A stretch of DNA of 64,000 nucleotides. Source: Macrostomum lignano. Lineage: Eukaryota. The notes beneath the pieces were generated by a model. It was not told where the DNA came from, searched no databases, and worked only from the letters and a program-made list of their open reading frames with translations. Location: assembly GCA_002269645.1 (NCBI GenBank), contig NIVC01000993.1, positions 95,532 to 159,531 on the forward strand, written 5' to 3'. Positions 1-10,563 of this stretch are shown here, piece by piece; the first letter of the stretch is position 1, and every line of letters begins with the position of its first letter. The position numbers and the translations under genes were made by a program.

Positions 1-2450
1 ATCTGCTGTCAAATCGTCTGCCGGCAGACGAAACAACTAATCAGTGGTGGGGATGTTTTTAGATAAATAATAATGTATTTTGATTATAATATTGATAACA
101 ATTATCTTGATTATTAATTCATGCATAATTTAGTTGCCAATATTTTAAGCAAAGTGAAATAATTTGTTATAGTTTGTTTACATGTTGCATAACATAATTC
201 ACCCGAGTGGCATTGATAAAAACCCCGACTAAAGGTACAAAAACGAGTGCATAAGATCGGGTAAATGCCATGTCATATGCCACGGTGACATGTCTTCTAC
301 TCAATTAAAAGCGGGCTTATGTATAAATCCAATGAACTATTTTCCACGCATAATTAAAATTGTCATTTTGCTGTTTTTAATATAGATCGATGGATTAGTT
401 CAAACAGTGGAAAGAAGTTTCAATGTTACTGCAATATTACTAGTTGCATTGCAAAGTGTAGAGTATTTAAATCAGAATGAGAACTGTTTACTGTTATCAG
501 GGAACTGTCTATTTATAATACCTTAAAACATTTAATAAAAGAAGGCCTAACCCTCTATACAGGCCTATTATGTAGGGTATACTGTATATAGATCTTTTTA
601 ATTTATAAAGACCTATCTTTGTTCATTTATTTTTAGTCAATGCTAAGCCTCTACTATAATTATATGTTATTAAAATATATCATTATAAAATAGTTGGGCC
701 CTATACTAGCTAGGCTTATACTTATAGCTTGCAAATTTATATCAAATTTATATCCAACATTTTTCTAATCCTAATCTTTTTACAAATCTAGCTTTTCCTT
801 AGCCTTAGTATTTTTAGATTAGATACAATTTTTTAGCCTTAATATTTTTTTTCAATTTAGTTTCTTTTCTAGCTATAATCCTTATTTGAATTTTTTAGTT
901 TAAATTAATCTTTAAAAGCTACTTTATCCTTAAGCCTAGCCTTAATTTGTCTAACAATGTAGCTTTCCCTTATCTTAATCATAATCCTTTAAAGAATCTA
1001 GTAGCTCTATAACCGCAATCCTTTAAGTAATCTATCCTCTCTCTTATCTTAATCATCTAAGAAATTTAGCCACTTTCCTATCTCAATCCTCTAGGAATTT
1101 AGCTGCTTTCTTATCTAAATCTTCTAGGGGATCTAGCCACTCCCAATTCCCAATTCTCTAAATAATCTAGCTGCTTTCTTATCCAAATCCTTTAGGGAAT
1201 CTAGCCACTTCTCTTTCCCAATCCTCTGGAAAATCCAGCCACTCCACTTTCCCAATCCTCTAGGAAATTTAGCTGCTTTCTTATCCAAATCCTCTGGGGA
1301 ATCTAGCCACTCCCCTTTCCTAATCCTCTAGGGAATATAGTCCCTCCTCTTTACAAACCCTCTGCGGAATCTAGCCAATCCCCTTTCCTAATCCTTTGGA
1401 GAATCCAGCCACCCCCTTTCCTAATCCTCTAGGGAATCCAGCCACTCCCCATTCCTAATCCTCTATGGAATCTAGCCACTCCCCTTTCCCAATCCTCTGG
1501 GGAATCTAGCCATTCCCCTTTCCTAATCCTAGTGATGGATCAAAATTATTTTTCAAATCGAAATCAAAATCAAAATTTTCGGTTCCTTAGAATCAAAATT
1601 GAAATCAAAATCAAAATTGAAATTTTTTAGCTTAACAAATTTTTACTTTTTCGCTAATCATGCAAAAAGGTTAACACCTTGCCTCTGCATGTATGAGCTT
1701 ACATGTTTTATAAAAAGTAGCTTTGATATGTTTAAACCAGAATACTTAAGATTTAACTTACTTTAAAAATACAAAATAGAAAATGCTGGTGTATTATATA
1801 TTATACACTCATACATCGAAATATAGTAGAAGTTGTATTATACTTCACTGCTGTTTAAGCTGAAGATTTAGATACAAGTAGCCTATATCCATTTCATTAA
1901 GGCTTTAAGTCTTTAGCCAATTTAAATCCATGCCGATAAGTTCAGCCAGTGGGCTTGTGGAGGTTGAGGTGGGTGCAGCACAAGGCCTGGAACAGTGTGT
2001 GCCCCGCATAATCTTTCTTGTAGAAAAGGCAATTCTCACCTCCCCACTGAGTCTTTGAACCGCACTTCTTTTCACTTCCTATAGATTTTCTTTCTTGTGT
2101 AGCATGATCATTAATGTCTAAATTGTTAAAATATAGCCAAAATTTGGAAATGATTTTCAATAAATGGTGTCAAAATTCGAAATCAAAATCAAAATTATTT
2201 TGATGCAAAATTAGTTTCAAAATTTGGAATATCGAAATCGAAATCAAATTTCGATCTATCACTACCTAATCCTCTGGGGAATCCAGTCAGTCCCCCTTCC
2301 TAATCTTCTGCGGAATTTAGCTGCTTCTTTTTCCCAATCCTCTGAGGAATCCAGTCATTCCCTTTTACAAATCCTCTAGGGAATCCAGCCACTCCCCTTT
2401 CCTAATCCTCTGGGGAATCTAGCCACTCTCCTTTCCCAATCCTTTAGGAA
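1..2450 (+). repeat. Left arm of the inverted repeat (interrupted by MITE 1530-2264)
   Basis: AT-rich outer part, then degraded, then intact AATCCTCTGGGGAATCYAGCCACTCCCCTTTCC units. Mirrors 12645-14707. Confidence 0.9.
1530..2264. mobile_element. Non-autonomous hAT-type element (MITE), 735 bp
   Basis: Imperfect TIRs TAGTGATGGATCAAAATT / TAGTGATAGATCGAAATT. 8-bp TSD CCTAATCC at 1522-1529 and 2265-2272. Subterminal AAATC repeats. Absent from the right arm. Confidence 0.9.
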
Positions 2451-3208
2451 GGTTTTTGTTTTGACCACTGTGCCAGTCTGGTGGAAAGTAATTCAAATGT
2501 CTGCAATGGTAGAGAACAAATACTATTACATTACATTAGTCATTACATCTATTAAGCTTTAAGGCCTATTATCTCAAATATGTAATTGTATGTAATTGCA
2601 TCAAAACAATTGCATGAAAAGAAACATTAGCTTACTTGAAGAACTCCAAGATTGTCATTTAAAATTCCTGCGACTTCAGGAGAAGCACACATGCAAATAT
2701 TGGAGCCGCTGCGACACTTCATGATAATAATGATATGATAGTCAGCAAACATTAGATGTGCCTGCAAGTGATTAAGCAAATTTATTCATTTACGCACAGG
2801 TGGTACTACCACACAGTCTGTTAGTCTGGACAAGTACAAAATTTAAAATTTAACTTTGGTGCATAGTATGCAATTCAATATAGTTACCAAATCCTCCAAT
2901 GTATGCACCAAGGGAGTTTGCTGAACTTTTTCTTGTGCAGCACGTTTGTACACAGATTTTTCTTCAGCAGTTAGACTTTTAAATTTGTCACTTAAAAAAG
3001 CCATGCGTTTCTTGGAAAAGTTATCTGAAATAATTGTAGATCATTACTCCATTTAAAACAAAAAAAGTAGAACTTACAAAAAAGAAACAACACTGAAGTT
3101 CAAAGCAAAAAAGCCAAACAAAATCTTACTTGTTCCCATAGTCTTCAAAAACATGGACTAGGCACTGGTCTTTCTTGGGCATAAACGCCAACTTCGGCAC
3201 TTTTTCAT
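2444..3208 (-). pseudogene. Four-exon HMG-box-like gene with one in-frame TAG, in the foldback spacer
   Basis: Exons 3220-3130, 3024-2888, 2761-2636 and 2500-2444 have canonical AG/GT sites and compatible phases (1,0,0). From ATG 3208 they splice to MKKCRSWRLCPRKTSA*SMFLKTMGTNNFSKKRMAFLSDKFKSLTAEEKSVYKRAAQEKVQQTPLVHTLEDLAHLMFADYHIIIIMKCRSGSNICMCASPEVAGILNDNLGVLQTFELLSTRLAQWSKQKPS*. LSDKFKSLTAEEKSVYKRAA resembles HMG-box helix 3. Confidence 0.7.
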
Positions 3209-3323
3209 GCTTAAAAATAGCTGAAAATTGAATTGAAGACAAATAAACCAAACAATTATTATAAAACATGATTTCCTTAAATGAAAAAAAAGGAAAATGG
3301 AAATATAAAAGGATGGAGATAAG

Positions 3324-4310
3324 TGTTGTAGGGGTCTGTCTCTCAGTTTAAGAATCTCACTGCTATTACCAAAACTGTTGTAGGGGGGGTATTTATGGAA
3401 CTCTTGGGATTTCTGAAAGATAGTATAATTTTATTACTAATAGGAGTAAGCCAAGGGTTGCTCCTGGTGGCGTGAGTGTCCGAGCAGCAAGACACTGTCT
3501 AAAGGTTAAACTCTCCGAGGGGGGGCTACGCGGCAGATCAGAGTTGCCTGGGGAATTATCGCACGATGGGAATTTCTAATAGCTAATAAGGAATGATTTC
3601 ATGGGGAAGAGTTCACTTAATGGAATCGTTAAGGGGAGGCTAAGATTTCTAATAGTTAAACTTCAAAGTAGGGGAACGAAATACCGAGTCAGTTGGGAGT
3701 TAGAGTTGGGCCAGATAACTGGGTGACAGTAGGTCTGGGTAGGGAGTTGGCTGAACTCCAGGTCGAATTCTGGGGTCTGGGGGTTAGGGAAGGAAAGAGA
3801 GGCAAAGCTCTTGGTCACTGGGGGATAGGGGATGAGGTAATCACTGAGCGTGTCTGCAGGGTTGGAGGGGGGGGAAAGCTGTACGCTTATAGCTGGACAG
3901 ATCCTTCGTGGGGAGAGGGGAGAGGCTGTACGCTTCGGCTAAACAGGCCTTGGGAAAGGGCTGAACGCCTAAATAAAGAACAGTGAGTCAGGCAGTGCCC
4001 AATTACAACCTTTGTATTAGCCAACCTCTTAAAGGAGAGTGGGCCACACGAGGAGGAAGAAGAAGTCTCTCCTGACGTTACAATCGCTCGCTTATATAGT
4101 ATATTTTAACAAAATGTCAGACAATTTTAAACAAACATTTTACTAGATAACAATTTTTTACTAATATTCAAGTGCGCATTTATATTTTTAAGAAAAAGAA
4201 AACATTATACAAGCTCACATATTTTACGATATTAAAGGCAGAAATTTAGTCGTGAAGGCAACAAAGAATAAGGTATTAAGATGCATTGCTATAATAAACT
4301 GCCTGCCTCA
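3324..4310 (-). repeat. 3' LTR
   Basis: Direct repeat of 11623-12610, with ~24 substitutions and ~4 small indels by manual alignment. Confidence 0.97.
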
Positions 4311-4324
4311 ACTGGCCTTCCTAC
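4311..4324 (-). promoter_or_regulatory. Putative polypurine tract
   Basis: GTAGGAAGGCCAGT abuts the 3' LTR on the minus strand; only moderately purine-rich. Confidence 0.5.
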
Positions 4325-4508
4325 AATAAATTTTTAAAACAAGATATGCGAGTGCGAAAATTTATTAAACAGGTAAATGTATTATTGCAAACAGATAAAT
4401 GTACTATTGCAGAAAAATAATTGTTCAGTTCACACAGTTCACTCAAATGAAGCGAAATTCTTCAGGTAGCCAGTCCGGGTGTGGCCATCGGCACTTATAA
4501 CCAAGCCA

Positions 4509-5362
4509 CTAAACTTCTTTGACGACGTTCTCAATGTTGTACTCACGATGTTCTCGATTTAAATCGCTCAACGCGTACACAGTGGTGCGTTGCCAGGCAG
4601 CGAGGGCCTGATTCAGCGGCATTTGGCGCAACATGCGCAGAGTGGGCCAAACGTCCTTGCACTGAGGGAAATCGCGAGCCACCCGAATTAGATACAATTT
4701 CAGCGTGGTGACGTGATGACGGAATTTGGCTCGTTGGTAGTCGGGCAAGTTGGCCACTACATTGTTGTAATACTCGCCGAGGTTTTGAGGCGGCTGAGGC
4801 TGGGCTCGCTGAGCTGGTTCGGCCATCAGAGGCGGAATCTCAGCCTTAGACGATTCGCTCTTGACAATCGGGTCGGTCAAAGATCTGTACCGTGGCTGAT
4901 GCTGCGACTGCATACTGTAATCTTCAGGCGGCTTTACGATCGGCGAATGAGAGTGTTCTCTGGGGTCGGCAGTCGAGGAAACGGCGGCGGCTTGGGAGTC
5001 GCTAGTGGGTGACGGTGGGCCAGTTTGTGGGCCAAGATGACCGGACTTCACTATGTGCGGCGCCTCCTTCAGGGAAATCACTTTTGATCGATTGCTACCG
5101 GGGGGCTGACGTTGCACGGCCTCAGGGTCGAGAGAACTGGGGCGTCAGCTTGCTTTTGCAAAAGCTGGGCACGCTTCTTGGGCGTAGCTGCAGGGGGCGG
5201 TTTAGTGACAACTGAAGCTACTTTTGACTTGTGGCACGGTAAGTTGGGCCTAGTGGCTTGCCTAATTGGCGCTGGCAGTTCATTCTCATCGTTGAACTCA
5301 CTATCGTCGCTATCACTTAGGGAAAATTCGTCTTGTAGACGTTTGAGTTCTTCGGGATTCAT
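4509..5362 (-). CDS. Extra ORF of unknown function between pol and the 3' LTR, split by one frameshift
   Basis: MNPEELKRLQDEF... (ATG 5362) overlaps ORF 4509-5117 around a C6 run at ~5100-5106. Joined length is roughly 280 aa, with an S/P-rich N-terminal part and a helical-looking C-terminus. Confidence 0.6.
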
Positions 5363-5929
5363 GACGGATTGCAAGGTATAATTCAGATTGATAGCGGGAA
5401 GATAAAAGTCGAGTTGACAGTTAGTGTTGTGCAACCAAAAGCTTTTGTATTTACTATCCTCTTAAGTCTGTTATTTGATACTTCTTTGTTTTCATGACCC
5501 ACCTCAATTTCTGTGTTCTTTGTGCTCTCATTCTTCTCTGGATCGATAATTTGAGGGGTTCTTTGTGCATAGCTAGGGTCTGGGCGAGGGCTTCTTGTGT
5601 TCAAAATTTGGGGTTTGCCGGGCGAAGGGGGACGGCGAGGGAGGGGTAGAAAGGCGTAGACGGGCTTAATATTCTAGATTGCGCAAGAATCTTACTGCTA
5701 ATAGTAGGCGGTCTAGATGACAGTTGCAACGGTGTTTATTTTGGGAGGGGTGTCTTAAATTGTAGGGATGACGGTGTGGGGGTTCGGGATCTCGCGGGGC
5801 AGAAGAGGGGGGTTAGAGCTGGGGGGCAGGAAAGGGGGGTTGGAGCTGAGGGGCAGGAGAGGGGGGTTGGGGCTGAGAAATCTTTTCGTTCGGGGCCTCA
5901 ATCTCTGAGTCATCGGTCATTTCATTCTC

Positions 5930-8900
5930 TTACTCTGTCTGGGCTTCACTCCATTCTTCTGGCTGGATTTCATTGTCTTCGTCTCCTAACTCTTCGTTCT
6001 CTGCTTCTCTAATTTGGCATCTCCAATTAATTTCTTCCTCATCGGATTCTTCTTCAGATTCAACTGGTTTGGGCAGGATTAATTTTTGGGAATTTCGGCG
6101 GGGTTGGCCTTCCTTAATTACAGGTTGTCTCTTAGGTTTAGTAGAGGTGGGAATTGGAGCGGGAGTGGGAACGGGAGCGGGATTAGAGGCGGAATCAAGG
6201 GCATCTCGCTGGCCTTCCTTAGTGATTCGCTCTGCAGTAGAATTTGGGACTGGGGTTAGATTGTCTTGATGCACAAGCATTTCTTTTCCTACTAATTCTC
6301 CTTCTTCTTCTTTCTGGACTTTGAAAACCACTTCTGATAGTTGGGCTAAAACTCTAAAGGCGGATCTCTTCTTTTGGTGGAACTTGTGGGATTCTTCGCT
6401 ATCTAGCTGGGGGTTATTAATCAGTGCAAGGCAACCTATAGGGATTCTAGGGGGTAGCTTGTTAGTTTCAGCAGCGACTTGTCTTTTCTCTACTACTTTT
6501 TCCAACTTCTTCTTGACTATCTTATGAGCTTCCTCTAATCTTTCGGCATGCTTAGTGATGTAGGCGGGATAATCAGCGTGTTCTGCTGTACTTCTGATCT
6601 GAGTGTCTAGAGGTAAGGTGGCTTCTCTGCCAAATAATAGGAAGTGAGGGGAAAAACCTGTGGTTGAATTGGGGCTGGTGCGGACTGCTACTAAGGCTGC
6701 GGGAATTAATAAATCCCAATCACCGTGATCCTTATTGATCAAGCAGGTGATGATTGACTTGACTTGCTTATTGAAACGTTCAACTAGTCCATTAGATTGG
6801 GCATGGTAGGGGGTAGTGAAGGTGTGGCAAATATTATAAAGTTCGCAAAAAGCTTTAAATTGTTTGCTGGCGAAAGTTTTTCCATTGTCTGTGTGGATCC
6901 AGGTGGGCTGTCCATATTCTGCTACTATTCGTTCAAGTAGTATCTTGATGACTTTGTCTGATTTTTGGTTTCTAATGGGAAAAGCAAAGGGGTATCTAGT
7001 TGTGCTATCAACAACTGTTAAAACATATTTATGACCTCGTTTGCTTTCTTTTGAGATTGGGCCGATGATGTCTATGTGCAGGCGGCTAAATGCTTTACCA
7101 ATAGGGAACGACTGGACTGGGGCCTGGACAAAATGTCCTTTCTTGCTCTCAAGGCAGGGGATGCACTCAGCAATTAATTGCTCGACTGAAGTGCTTAGTC
7201 TGGGTCGCCAAAATCTTTCTCTTATCCTCTGGAGCGTTTTATCTCTTCCTAGATGTCCTGCAAGGGGGCTGCAGTGTAGATCAATAAAAACTGCTTTGTC
7301 TAGGGATGGGGGCAAAACTACTTTGTTCTTTCCGTCTTCGGCAATTGTCAATAGTTCGTTATCGATCTCCATCAGTTTGAAATATTTACTGACTTTCTCG
7401 GGCACGTCCGGTGATTTGGGGAGTTGGCTCAGTTTCTGTTTCTTTGCTTCTAGTAGAGCTTTGATAATGGGGTCAGCAGCTTGGGCTTCTTCAATCTGTT
7501 CTTTCTTCAGGGGGCTGGGGAGATAATCAGTTAACAACTTCTCACACTTTCCTGTCTCTTCTTTTTCTGCTTCTACTTCTCTACCTGAGACAATTAGCTT
7601 TGTCCTAGATTCGGGACATTCAGTCTGGGTCTCGCTTTCTGTCAGAGCTTCAGGTGACTGGGACATGGGGTTGTCCTTAGTTTCAGCGGGAGCACTCTCA
7701 TCTCTCAGGGGAACAGGGGTCAATTTCTCAACTTTCTCAGGGATTGGCTCAGTTCTCTCAAAATTTTCTTCAGATGCTTCAGGGGTTTCAGGGATCGCTT
7801 CAGCAGACTCAGTGGCTGCGTCAGGGACTTCAGGTGCTATTTCAGCAAGTTCGGGGGCTGCTTCAGGGGATATTTCAGGGGCTTCAGCTATCTCAGCTGG
7901 TCTTCGCGACAATCCGTCGGCATTGGAATGTTTTGCGCCACTTCTGTGTTCAATGTCGAACCTGAATTCGTTCAGACGCTCTATCCATCTACCTAGGATT
8001 CCGGTTGCTTCAGTCTGTCTCATGAGCCAAATTATCGCTTTATGATCAGTTCGGGCTAAGAATTTCTTGCCGATCAGATAAAATCTGAAATGCCTCATAG
8101 CGTTGACAAGGGCTAACAATTCTTTCCGAGTAATGGGGTAACGCTTCTCTGATTCCTTCATTGCTCTACTAAAATAGGCTATTGGTCGCTCTATGCCATC
8201 ACTCTGGATTTGGCCAAGGCATGCGCCAATCCTGTCGTCACTGGCATCTGTGTCGAGCACCATTTTCACATTTTCATCTTCGACATATTTGGGGTATGCT
8301 AATACTTCAGTAGACATCATTTGCTGCTTCAGGGACTCAAAGGCTTCGTCATGCACTTTGCTCCACTTAGATTGGAAATTCTGAACTCCTTTTCGAGTCA
8401 ATTGGAATAGGGGGTGAGCCACTTCGGCATAATTTTTCACAAATCGGCAATAATAATTGCATAGGCCAAGAAAACTGCGTAGTTCTTTTATGTCTTTGGG
8501 ACGGGGCCAAGTTTGGATAGCTTCAATCTTCGTCTTGTCTGTTTGAATGCCTTGTCGGCCAATCACGTGTCCTAAGTACTTTAACTCGTGGTGGAAAAGA
8601 TTGCACTTTTTGGGTCTCAACTTCAGACCTGCGGCAATTAGTCGCTTAAACACTTCTCTTAAGTGCTCTAAATGTTCGGCAAAAGTTTGGGAGTAGGCTA
8701 TTATGTCATCTATATAGGACATGGCAAACTTGTGTTGGATTCCTAATAATACCAAATTCATTAGGCGTTGGAAGGTTCCGGGGGCATTGGAAAGTCCTTG
8801 GGCCATCACTTGGTATTCAAATTGGCCTCTAGTTAGGGTGGAGAAGGTGGTTCGATGCTTATCTTCTTCTTTGATGGGGACTTGCCAGTATCCTGAGTTT

Positions 8901-10563
8901 AAATCAAGGCTGCTAAAGTATTGGCTACCAGTTAGGTGGGAGAAGGTCTCTTGAATATTAGGGAGGGGTAGGGGTAGTAATTAACTCTTGAGTTGAGCAC
9001 GCGGAAATCGCTCACGATTCTAATAGAACCGTCTTTCTTGGGGACAATTACTAGGGGAGTGGAGTAAGTTGAATAGCAGGGTCTAATTAGATTTTTGGCT
9101 AACATATCGTCTAATTGGGCGTCAACTTGCTTTTGCAAGTGTGGGAGGGATGCGTCTAGCTGGGATTCTAACGGGAGTGGGGTCTTTGATAGAGATTTCG
9201 TGGGTTACTAAGTGTGTCAGGCCCATGTCTAATTCATTCTGGGAAAAAGCTTCACGGTTTTCTTTCATTAAGTCAATGACTGCTTTTCGCTGTTTATCTG
9301 ACAGTTCAGGGCCAAGGCTCACTTCATTAATCCAGGAATCTTCAGTACATTGAGTCTGGTTGACTTTCGCAGGGAGTTGGGAGCTGGGGGTTGGGTTTGC
9401 CAATAGGTTAGATCTTTAGCTTTCATGGGTCTGGCTAAGCCAATTAGGGAAGTTTTAGTTAGATTCACATCTACTAGGTGGTGGTTAATAATTTTGACAA
9501 TTCCTTTGCCTTCTTTCATAGTTACTAAGGTTGGAACCATTTCTAATGAGAAATCACGGGTTCAGATAGTATTGCCAATGGCTTCAATGGTCATAGGAGT
9601 GCCGTAATTCGATTCACAATTCTTGGCTAACTTCATGGGTATTCGAAGGGCACTATTAGCTGGGATGATTACTCTTTCTTGAGTATAAACTCGGCAAACT
9701 TTCACGGGTAGGCGGGTATACTGCATGGGTATACAGGTACCTTCATTAAGCACTAGCATTCCTTTGGCTAGCTGAATGCTTTCGCATTGGGATAGGAAAA
9801 ATTCCATACCTAGAATATTGTCACAATCATGTCGGCATAGGAGGAAATCAACTTTGATTTGGATATCGCCAAATTTCACTTGGGCGGATACTTCTCCTTC
9901 TAATTGAACTGGGGTACCGTCAAATGTACTGATGCTTTTGCTAGTGTCTTGGATTTGATCGGCACGGAATAGCTTAGACTAGGTTGAGCGGCTCAGGAAA
10001 TTATTTCTGGCGCCTGTGTCTAGCAAGAAATCAATCGATTCTTTCTGGATATCGCCAACAATTACAGCTTCATAACCTTCTAGCTTAGTCAGGTCGATTC
10101 GGGATGGGGAATTGGGTTTTGGCTTTTGTCGCTTCCTTGAGCGAGTTTCAGCACTGGATAGAGCATTATTGGTTTTAATCGCATGGGATACATGGGGTGC
10201 AAGCGCAGTGGGTACATGGGGTGCGGACACATGATGTACATGAGCTTTGGTCGCATTGGTTACATGAGAGGCGGTTGCATGGGGGGAATTGTATACATGA
10301 GGGTCATGGGGGGCATTTGGCATGGCATTGTCGGCATCATCAAAGGCAAGAAGTGAAAAATTATTGGGGGAGACAAATATCGCATTATTTATAGGCATTG
10401 GCTGTACATGGGAGGTTTTGCGGGGATAGCGGAAACTGTACTGGGGAGGTTGCCGGTATTTCGGCTGGGGGGCATTTCGAAATGATAGGGAGGCAGGAGA
10501 GTAAGCAATATTTTGGCCTGAGGGGCGTGGCCTCTTAACTCGACCCTGGCTTCTCAGTTTCCC
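5930..10563 (-). pseudogene. pol: pol: aspartic protease, RT, RNase H, integrase; 5' half disrupted
   Basis: Protease FLLDTGA. RT PQGL-like AQGLSNAPGTFQR and YIDD. RNase H VLDTDAS. Integrase HCSPLAGHLG..C..C, LHIDIIGP, TDNG, NGLVERFN. Several frameshifts and one TAG in 8800-10000; 5930-8809 is open for 959 aa. Confidence 0.95.

Noticed and set aside
1942-2160. 72-aa ORF in the MITE as a transposase remnant
   Set aside because: No recognisable hAT motif in any frame examined.
4509-5434. env gene
   Set aside because: No signal peptide, furin site or transmembrane anchor is visible; reported as an unknown ORF instead.
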